From the NCBI GenBank assembly GCA_964423795.1, contig CAYRGC010000004.1:1032-65031 (forward strand): 64,000 nt of DNA. Direction: 5' to 3'. This DNA is from an uncultured Candidatus Peribacteria bacterium. GTDB taxonomy: Bacteria; Patescibacteriota; Gracilibacteria; Peribacterales; Peribacteraceae. The notes under the pieces are model-generated. The model had not been told where the DNA came from and did no database searches. It saw only the letters and a list, made by a program, of their open reading frames with translations. Below, one piece after another: positions 41,227 to 47,927 of this stretch. Positions within the stretch are counted from its first letter, which is position 1, and the number at the start of each line of letters is the position of its first letter. Both the position numbers and the translations under genes were made by a program.

Positions 41227-41385
41227 TAGGCCTGTCCTGAGCGAGGAGCGCCGCAGCGCGACGAGACGAAGGATGGAGTGCTATCGGGAATACCACGGAC
41301 TATAAGGGCTTGCCCTGAGCGAGTCAGCCGAGGCTGACGAGCCGAGGGGCATAGGGAATATCACGGCCTCTGAGAACGCCTTCCG
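41197..41385. repeat. three tandem copies of the epimerase 3' end separated by TGAGCGAG hairpin mini-elements
   Basis: Units start at 41197, 41274 and 41349. Each contains ..GGGAATA(C/T)CACGG..CT.T(G/A)A. Confidence 0.9.
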
Positions 41386-41411
41386 GACGATAAGAGTATT
41401 CTGCAACCACC

Positions 41412-41843
41412 ATGCTCTCCTCGACGATACGTCGCGGCGGATCCTCCTCGTTGGTCGCATGCGAGCGCTGCGAGGACGCACGTCGCCCCTGGGATCGCAT
41501 CGCGGACACCGCGGTTTGTCCGAACTGCATCGAAAACCTGATGGTGGGAATGAGTGATCACCTCCGATTCGCCGTGCAGGAGATCCGATGCACCCTTTGC
41601 GCGTCGCTCACTTCCGTCATGTTTCAATCGGTTCCCCGCCACTCTTTCTTACCGGTCAAGATTCCCCTCTGCGGAAACCACCTGCGCGCGCTCGCCTCCC
41701 GGGATCTGGACCCGGAATCGTACGGACTGCTGAAAAAGCAACTCGCGTACTTCGGTTTGTCCGTCGAAAACATCTTTCTGCTCCACGGCAATTTTTACGA
41801 CGCCAAAGGAAAGGCGCTGCAGCCTATCGTCGATCGGTACTGA
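41412..41843 (+). CDS. Cys-rich hypothetical protein (zinc-ribbon-like)
   Basis: 143 aa with CERC..x17..CPNC..x17..CTLC..x21..C. GC is lower, and no homolog is recognised. Confidence 0.45.
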   Translation: MLSSTIRRGGSSSLVACERCEDARRPWDRIADTAVCPNCIENLMVGMSDHLRFAVQEIRCTLCASLTSVMFQSVPRHSFLPVKIPLCGNHLRALASRDLDPESYGLLKKQLAYFGLSVENIFLLHGNFYDAKGKALQPIVDRY

Positions 41844-43023
41844 CGGACACCCACGCTTCCCTTGCCGCCGTGACGGGCGTCCATCCGGTCTTGTCGAACG
41901 GCGGACACGCGTCGAGGCAGATCACGGCGCCCGCGCCGGCGACCAATTCCGGCGCGAAGCGGCGCACGGCCGCGGGACTCTCGTACTGCCACTCGTGGCC
42001 GAAAGACCCGCTGATCAGGACCGTGCCGCGCATGCCGCTCGCGGCGACGTCGCGCATCACCTGCCGCGCGAGCGAGGCGCCAGGCAGAGGGCAAAACCAG
42101 ATCGTCGCCCACGCGCCGAGCGCGAAAAACGAGATCCATACCGGACGCTCGAACCACGGAGCCGTCGCGCAGCGGGGATCGAAAAATCCCGTGAAGCCGA
42201 CGGCAAAGAGGGGCGCGAAGAGCACGGCGTAATAATCGTACCGCGAGAGGAGCACGTACGCGGAAACGAGGAGAAAGCTCAACAAGAGGTCGGCGCGCCT
42301 GAGACGCAGGAGCCCGATCGTTCCCGCGACGCTCCCGACGGCGCTGCCCCCGAGGAGCCAGACCTTCAGGTATCCCGCTATCCGTTCGAGCGACGACTCC
42401 CCGATCTGCCTTCCGGCGTGCACGCCGAAGCTCGCCGCGGCGAGAGGATTGCCGAGCGTATAGAGCGAAAGCAGCAGGAGCGGTATGAGCGCATAAGCCG
42501 CGCGTTCGAGCAGCGGCGCCTTGAGCCGCCAGAAGAGCAGGAAGACGATCGGCGCGAAGAGCACGGCCTGGTACGCGGTGAAGAGGGAAAACAACCAGAA
42601 AAGCGCGACGAATCCGCGGTATCTGTCCACGAGCGCGGGACGGGAGGAGAGCCAGAGGAACGCGAGCGCCTCGAGCGCCGTGAGCGGCGCCATCATCACG
42701 GTCCCGGCCTGGAGCAGGATCGCCGAGGAGAAGATCCACGCCAGTGCGATGATCGTGCGTTGATTCTTCGTGTATCCCTTCGTCAGATCCCACACGAGCC
42801 AAACGGCTTGGAGCAGGAGTGTCGCGAAGACGAGACGCCACAAAAGTTCTTGGAACGGAAATCCTTTCGTGAGCCCCAGAATAAAGCGAACTGCTGGCGG
42901 ATGCGGGTATGGAATGTTGAGGAGGTACTTCGCCTCATCGGTTCTCACGCCCACCTGCCATTGCAGGAGCGCGAGGATGACGGCCAGCCCCTCGAGCGCC
43001 CACGCTTTTACCGCAATGCGCAT
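41824..43023 (-). CDS. GT-C-fold glycosyltransferase (ArnT/PMT-like), putative
   Basis: 399 aa with many TM segments. The first loop carries DEAKY followed by PYPHPP, as in GT39/GT83 enzymes. Confidence 0.6.
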   Translation of the reverse strand: MRIAVKAWALEGLAVILALLQWQVGVRTDEAKYLLNIPYPHPPAVRFILGLTKGFPFQELLWRLVFATLLLQAVWLVWDLTKGYTKNQRTIIALAWIFSSAILLQAGTVMMAPLTALEALAFLWLSSRPALVDRYRGFVALFWLFSLFTAYQAVLFAPIVFLLFWRLKAPLLERAAYALIPLLLLSLYTLGNPLAAASFGVHAGRQIGESSLERIAGYLKVWLLGGSAVGSVAGTIGLLRLRRADLLLSFLLVSAYVLLSRYDYYAVLFAPLFAVGFTGFFDPRCATAPWFERPVWISFFALGAWATIWFCPLPGASLARQVMRDVAASGMRGTVLISGSFGHEWQYESPAAVRRFAPELVAGAGAVICLDACPPFDKTGWTPVTAAREAWVSVSTDRR

Positions 43024-43322
43024 TCCGCGAGGGGGAAAGAAGAAAGCGGCACCATCACGACATCCGAAGGCACAGCGAACCGCAGATGATCATGATGCGT
43101 GACGACGAGACTCCCCAATTTCTCCGGAACAAATCCGAATGACAGATCGGACAGCAGCCATCCGCGCTCGTCTGCAACGGATTGAACTGCATGTTGCACC
43201 GAGCAACGCATCGCAGGATCAAGGTAGAGCGGCGACAGGTTCCACGCCTGATCGCCGAGCACTATCGCGAGGAGCACCGAGATGGTCCAGAAGACGCGCC
43301 GCGAGAAAAGAGCATCAGTCAT
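43008..43322 (-). CDS. small membrane-anchored hypothetical protein
   Basis: 104 aa with one N-terminal TM segment. It overlaps both neighbours (by 4 nt and by 16 nt). Confidence 0.4.
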   Translation of the reverse strand: MTDALFSRRVFWTISVLLAIVLGDQAWNLSPLYLDPAMRCSVQHAVQSVADERGWLLSDLSFGFVPEKLGSLVVTHHDHLRFAVPSDVVMVPLSSFPLAECALR

Positions 43323-44416
43323 CGGGCTTCTTTCCAGATGAATTGGAGTCCCATGGTGTAGTTCCAGAGCATGCCGAGGAACGCGCCGGCGGAGATGCTC
43401 GCGACCTGCGAGAGCCCCTGGCGATAGAGGAAGGACGCCACGGCGTAGTTGGCGATCGCGCCGAGCAGACAGAGCACCGTGAACCCGAGGAAGCCGAGCA
43501 GGGCGCGCATGCCGCGCAGCCGGACGTGCGCGAACGTGAGGGCGTTATTGAGCAAGAAGTTGAAGAGGATCGCGGCCTCCACGCCCGCGAGGAACGGGAG
43601 CGTGAGCCCGAGCACGCGCGGCTCTGCCACCGGCGGGAACGCGGCCTCGGCGAGGTAGTACACGACGAGGTTCACGACGACGCCCATGGTCCCCACGATG
43701 CCGTACTGCACGAAGGTGAGAGGGACGAACCGTCCGGCGGTGACGTCGTAGAGGTACTCCAGGAATTCGATCTGCACGCGACGGGAGAGCTTGCTCTCGC
43801 CGTGGGTGCGCAGTCCGAATTTGAACGGCATCTCGTCGACCGCGGTCCCGGCGGGCACGTGCACGAGGAGATCGAGCAGGATCTTGAACCCCTTGGGGTT
43901 GAGCCGGGGCAACGCCTCCTCGAACACCTCGCGCTTGAGCGCGAAGAACCCGCTCATGGGATCGGAGGCGCGCACTTTGCAGAGCCGGATCGCGAGGCGG
44001 GTGGCGAGGCGCGAGAGCGCGTGGCGGCGCTCGTCCCACTGGCCTACGCTCCCCCCTTCGACGTACCGGGAACCGACGGCGATGCCGCCGTTCCGTCTCG
44101 CCGCCTCGGCGAGCGCGGGAATGAGCGAGAGCTCGTGCTGGCCGTCGGCGTCCGCCACCACGAGCGTGTCCCCGCGCGCGGCGAGGAACCCCTCGATCAC
44201 GGCGGAGGAAAGCCCGCGCCGTCCCACGCGCCGGATCACGCGGACGTGGGGATCCTTCTCGCCGATCGAACGCGCGACCTCCCACGTGCGATCGGGGGAA
44301 TTGTCGTCCACGACGATCACCTCGTACTCGAGGCCGGCCATCGCCTTTTCCACCGCCGGCAGGAGCAGCGGCAGGTTCTTGGACTCGTTATAGGTCGGGA
44401 AGATGACGGAGATCAC
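43319..44416 (-). CDS. polyprenol-phosphate sugar synthase (GT2, DPM1-like) fused to GtrA-like domain
   Basis: GTG 44416 gives VISVIFPTYNESKNL, followed by VVDDNSPDRT and ADADGQH. The C-terminus has 4 TM segments of GtrA type (QYGIVGTMGVVVNLVVYY...). Confidence 0.85.
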   Translation of the reverse strand: MISVIFPTYNESKNLPLLLPAVEKAMAGLEYEVIVVDDNSPDRTWEVARSIGEKDPHVRVIRRVGRRGLSSAVIEGFLAARGDTLVVADADGQHELSLIPALAEAARRNGGIAVGSRYVEGGSVGQWDERRHALSRLATRLAIRLCKVRASDPMSGFFALKREVFEEALPRLNPKGFKILLDLLVHVPAGTAVDEMPFKFGLRTHGESKLSRRVQIEFLEYLYDVTAGRFVPLTFVQYGIVGTMGVVVNLVVYYLAEAAFPPVAEPRVLGLTLPFLAGVEAAILFNFLLNNALTFAHVRLRGMRALLGFLGFTVLCLLGAIANYAVASFLYRQGLSQVASISAGAFLGMLWNYTMGLQFIWKEAR

Positions 44417-44444
44417 AGACCCGAAGTGTATCGGGGAAAAATCC

Positions 44445-44557
44445 CAGACGCCAAAACCCAAATGCCAAGAAAATAGTAAAATCCAACCGCCAAGTTCGTT
44501 CTTTGGTCTTCCAGAGGTATTTTCTTCGTTTTTGGTTCCTGGTATTTGGAATTTTTC
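44445..44557. repeat. CCAAAAC / TTTGG heptamer arrays in divergent spacer
   Basis: gccaaaa cccaaat gccaaga aaa pairs with tttttgg ttcctgg tatttgg aattttt. This is the same family as 29921-29983. Confidence 0.75.
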
Positions 44558-44576
44558 TGCGATACCCTCCAATCGT

Positions 44577-45491
44577 ATGAGAATTTTGGTAACCGGCAGC
44601 TCCGGCACCATCGGTACCCGCCTCTGCGAGGAATTGATGAAGCGCGGCCACGACGTCACGGGCGTGGACTGGGTCACGAACAAGTGGAACGACGGCGTCC
44701 AGGCCGTCACCCGCAACGTGGATCTCCGGGACCGCGAGGCCCTCTCGAAGCTCGCGACGACGACGCAGTTCGAGGCGATCGTGCACCTCGCGGCCAACGC
44801 CCGCGTGTACGAGCTCGTCGAGAACCCGGACCGCGCGCTCGACAACATGATCACGACCTTCAACGTCCTCGAGTTCGCGCGCAGCCGCGGCATCACGCGC
44901 TTCCTGTTCGCTTCGTCGCGCGAGTCCTACGGCAACGCGGGCCAGCGCACGTACAAGGAGGACGCCGTGCGCGTCGAGAACTGCGAGAGTCCCTACACCG
45001 CGAGCAAGATCGCGGGCGAGGCGCTCGTGGAGGCCTACACCCGCTGCTACGGCATCGACCACGTCACCTTCCGGTTCAGCAACGTGTACGGCATGTACGA
45101 CGACTCCGTCCGCGTCGTCCCTCTCTTCATCCGCCAGGCGCGCAACGGCGAGCCGCTCAAGGTGTTCGGCGGGGAGAAGTGCCTCGACTTCACGTACATC
45201 GACGACTGCGTCGCGGGCATCATCCATGCGCTCGAGAAGTTCGACGAGGCGAAGAACGACACCTACAACCTCGCGTTCGGCGAGGGAACGACCATCCTGC
45301 ACCTCGCGGAGCGCATCAAGGAGATCCTCCGCAGCGATTCGGCCATCGACGTTGGCGAACCCCGGACCGGCGAGGTGGTGAAGTACATCGCGGACATCTC
45401 GAAGGCGCGCGAGAAACTCGGCTACAACCCCCAGATCGCGCTCGACGCCGGCATCGAGAAGGCCGTCGAGTGGTACACGAAGCACGCCTGA
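44577..45491 (+). CDS. NAD-dependent epimerase/dehydratase (SDR)
   Basis: 304 aa with MRILVTGSSGTIGTRL and the catalytic motif SPYTASKIAGE. Confidence 0.85.
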   Translation: MRILVTGSSGTIGTRLCEELMKRGHDVTGVDWVTNKWNDGVQAVTRNVDLRDREALSKLATTTQFEAIVHLAANARVYELVENPDRALDNMITTFNVLEFARSRGITRFLFASSRESYGNAGQRTYKEDAVRVENCESPYTASKIAGEALVEAYTRCYGIDHVTFRFSNVYGMYDDSVRVVPLFIRQARNGEPLKVFGGEKCLDFTYIDDCVAGIIHALEKFDEAKNDTYNLAFGEGTTILHLAERIKEILRSDSAIDVGEPRTGEVVKYIADISKAREKLGYNPQIALDAGIEKAVEWYTKHA

Positions 45492-45494
45492 GGC

Positions 45495-46799
45495 ATGGAT
45501 CCCTCGCTGCTCCTCCTCGCGGCCTTCGCCCTCCTCGCGGGCGGGCTGCAGTTCGGCAATCCGCCGGAGCCCTTCTGGTTGCCGCTCTTCTTCCTGCTGC
45601 CGAGCTTCGGCTGCGTCGTCGCCGCGTGCGCGGGCACGAGGCGCGGCAGGACGGGCGACCTTTCGGCGCGCTGGATGGCCGCCGCGCTCGTGGCGCTCCT
45701 CGCGATCTCCTACAAGCAGTACCCCGGCTTCTACGTGGAGGACATGGCGTACAACATGCGCGTGTTCGCGTGGACGAGCATCGCGATCGCCTACGCGCTC
45801 TTCCGGCTCGCGATGGGCGGAAGGATCGAGAGGGCGGAACGCATCGGCTTCTGGATCGTGCTCGGCGGGCTCGTCTTCCTGCGGGCGGGGATGATCTCCG
45901 CCTCGCCGAAGCCGTACATCGACGTCTTCAGCATGATCCAGCAGGGAGTGGAAAACCTCTTCCAGGGCCGCAATCCCTTCACCTATCCCATCCGGGACAT
46001 CTACAACGGCTCCTTCAGCTGGTGCTACGTGATGAAGGCGTACTCCTACACGCCCGCGAATCTCTATCCGCACGCGCTCGCCGTCTGGCTCGGCGGGGAC
46101 GCGCGCTTCGTCTCCGTCGCGGCGGACCTCTTCGCCTCGCTCCTGCTCTTCGACCTCGGGCGGCGCCTGCTCGACCGCTCCCGCGGCGAGCTCCTCGCCC
46201 TCCTCTTTCTCGCCCAGCCGCGCGCGCTCTTCCCCGTGGAACAGGCGTGGACGGAACCGCTCGTGGGCTGCGTCTTCGTCTTCTTCCTCTGGCTGTGGAC
46301 GCTCGGCTGGAAGAAGACCGCCATGGTCGCCTACGGCTACCTGGTCTCGCTCAAGCAGTACTGGGCCTTTCCGGGCCCGCTCGTGCTGATCCTCGAGCGT
46401 CGCTGGACGCGTCTGCTTCTCGCAGCCGTTTCGGCGGTCGCGACGACGGTGCCGTTCCTCCTCTGGGACGCGAAGACCGTGATCAGCGAAGGCTTCCTCA
46501 TGCAGCTCTCCGCGTGCTTCCGCGCCGGCACGCCCACGATGGCCGCCGTCTTCCACGCCGCGACCGGCATCGTGCCCCCGAAGCTCTGGATCCCGGTCTT
46601 GGGATTCGGCGCGTCGGGCGGCTTCGCGTGGTGGCTCAAGGATCTCGAGCCCATGAAGCGCTACGTGCTCTGCACGCTCGGGACCTTCTTTTCGCTCTTC
46701 CTTTTCGGCACCCAGGCGTTCCTCAACTACTACATGCTGGTAGGGACGCTGATGCTCGCGGCAATGATCCTAAGCGTGCAAGAACGCCATTCTGCGTAA
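45495..46799 (+). CDS. polytopic membrane protein, possible GT-C/DUF2029-like glycosyltransferase
   Basis: 434 aa with more than 10 hydrophobic segments. It sits 3 nt after the epimerase within a glycan locus. Confidence 0.5.
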   Translation: MDPSLLLLAAFALLAGGLQFGNPPEPFWLPLFFLLPSFGCVVAACAGTRRGRTGDLSARWMAAALVALLAISYKQYPGFYVEDMAYNMRVFAWTSIAIAYALFRLAMGGRIERAERIGFWIVLGGLVFLRAGMISASPKPYIDVFSMIQQGVENLFQGRNPFTYPIRDIYNGSFSWCYVMKAYSYTPANLYPHALAVWLGGDARFVSVAADLFASLLLFDLGRRLLDRSRGELLALLFLAQPRALFPVEQAWTEPLVGCVFVFFLWLWTLGWKKTAMVAYGYLVSLKQYWAFPGPLVLILERRWTRLLLAAVSAVATTVPFLLWDAKTVISEGFLMQLSACFRAGTPTMAAVFHAATGIVPPKLWIPVLGFGASGGFAWWLKDLEPMKRYVLCTLGTFFSLFLFGTQAFLNYYMLVGTLMLAAMILSVQERHSA

Positions 46800-46833
46800 T
46801 TGACAAATTTACATAAAAGTATACTTTGGTAAC

Positions 46834-46935
46834 ATGAAGGAACGTGCGGAGCCGCCTGCCGATTACGGCACGGCGATCCAGAAGATCATGGCCAGCAAGA
46901 AGCTGACGCCCGCCGAGGCGGCGTTGCTTCGGTAA
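46834..46935 (+). CDS. 33-aa small ORF upstream of the HExxH protein (not in ORF track)
   Basis: MKERAEPPADYGTAIQKIMASKKLTPAEAALLR. It ends 6 nt before ATG 46942 and follows an AT-rich stretch. Confidence 0.25.
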   Translation: MKERAEPPADYGTAIQKIMASKKLTPAEAALLR

Positions 46936-46941
46936 AACGGC

Positions 46942-47793
46942 ATGCCTGTCCTCGATAGCATGATCGAGGTCACGGCCGATGGCGTGAAGGACCTCCTGGC
47001 GAACGACGCCACTTTGGAATCACCCGAGAACAGGACGGACCGGAAAATCGCCGAGATCGAAACCGAGATGTCGTTCTTCGAAACCCAGGTAGCTCCTCTC
47101 CTTCAGACAGCCGATCCTGCCCGGCGCGTCGCCATCACGAATCCGTTCCATTTCCTCAACGCGAACAAAGGCAATACGCTGAAGAACTTCGAAACGGCGT
47201 CCCGCGTCGCCTTGACCCAAGGCATGCCCGTGGAATCGATCCTACTGGCTCTCAACGATCCGCGGCATTACGGCTACCGTCTCATACCGGATTCAGCGCT
47301 CAGGGGCACGGGAATCATGATCGGCACGATCCCGATCCAGCGCTCCGTGGGGATATCGGAGAAATACGATTTCAAGAACACGCTGAACCGCCTAACGATG
47401 GTCCACGAGCTCGTGCACCTGGCGCATCAGGCGCTGCAGAGGAAAAAGAATATGATGGAATTCCTTCGATTCCACGCAAGCGGACGGAAGCACGTGATCA
47501 TCGACGAAGAATACGACGCGTACGTCGTGGAGATCGAAACCCTTGATCTGCTCCTGGGCGGCGAATTGCGGGAAGGTAAGGCTCGCCCGGAAGACATCTT
47601 GAAGCGCTTCTCCCTTCCAGAGGATCATCGCACGCCGATCACGATGCTATGCATGATGGCCGAGCGGTATTTCCCCGTCGGCCGCGTCGACGCACCGTAC
47701 CCGAAAGCATACACGACCTTTGTCGACCGCGCGGTGGCGCATGACGGATATGAACTGCGGCGATACGGACAGCCTGGGGTCCCGCGACCGTAG
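46942..47793 (+). CDS. hypothetical protein with HExxH motif (putative zincin-like metallopeptidase)
   Basis: 283 aa with LTMVHELVHLAHQ and a downstream acidic segment IIDEEYDAYVVE. GC is lower, and no family is recognised. Confidence 0.5.
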   Translation: MPVLDSMIEVTADGVKDLLANDATLESPENRTDRKIAEIETEMSFFETQVAPLLQTADPARRVAITNPFHFLNANKGNTLKNFETASRVALTQGMPVESILLALNDPRHYGYRLIPDSALRGTGIMIGTIPIQRSVGISEKYDFKNTLNRLTMVHELVHLAHQALQRKKNMMEFLRFHASGRKHVIIDEEYDAYVVEIETLDLLLGGELREGKARPEDILKRFSLPEDHRTPITMLCMMAERYFPVGRVDAPYPKAYTTFVDRAVAHDGYELRRYGQPGVPRP

Positions 47794-47803
47794 GTTAAGC
47801 AAC

Positions 47804-47927
47804 CGATTTCTTCTTCTCCTCGTGATACTCCCCCTTCGAGATTCACCCGGCTTCGCTCGGCGGAGCTTCGCCAAGGTGAGACTCAGGACGATTTTTTCTC
47901 CTCGTGATATTCGCCTTCCAGATTCAC
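47804..47927. repeat. duplication of the FAD-oxidoreductase 3' end around a GC-rich mini-element
   Basis: cgatttcttcttctcctcgtgatactcccccttcgagattcac lies at 47804-47846. cgattttttctcctcgtgatattcgccttccagattcac lies at 47889-47927. Confidence 0.85.

Noticed and set aside
41237-41349. Hammerhead-like ribozyme in the TGAGCGAG...CGA elements, and in the 35955-36006 hairpin containing CGAAAC.
   Set aside because: The core does not fit CUGANGA ... GAAA. The sequence is CUGAGCGA with C at the invariant G8 position, and the stem arrangement does not give a three-way junction with the required cleavage-site context.
41555-43100. Shared heptapeptide DHLRFAV in the Cys-rich ORF (41412-41843) and the small membrane protein (43008-43322).
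   Set aside because: The two occurrences use different codons, and no further similarity between the proteins is visible. It is most likely coincidence and is not a DNA repeat.
46800-46825. Sigma-70-type promoter TTGACA ... TATACT upstream of the 33-aa ORF.
   Set aside because: Both hexamers are near-consensus, but the spacer is only 14 nt, which is outside the usual 16-18 nt. I kept it only as an AT-rich candidate region and did not annotate it as a promoter.
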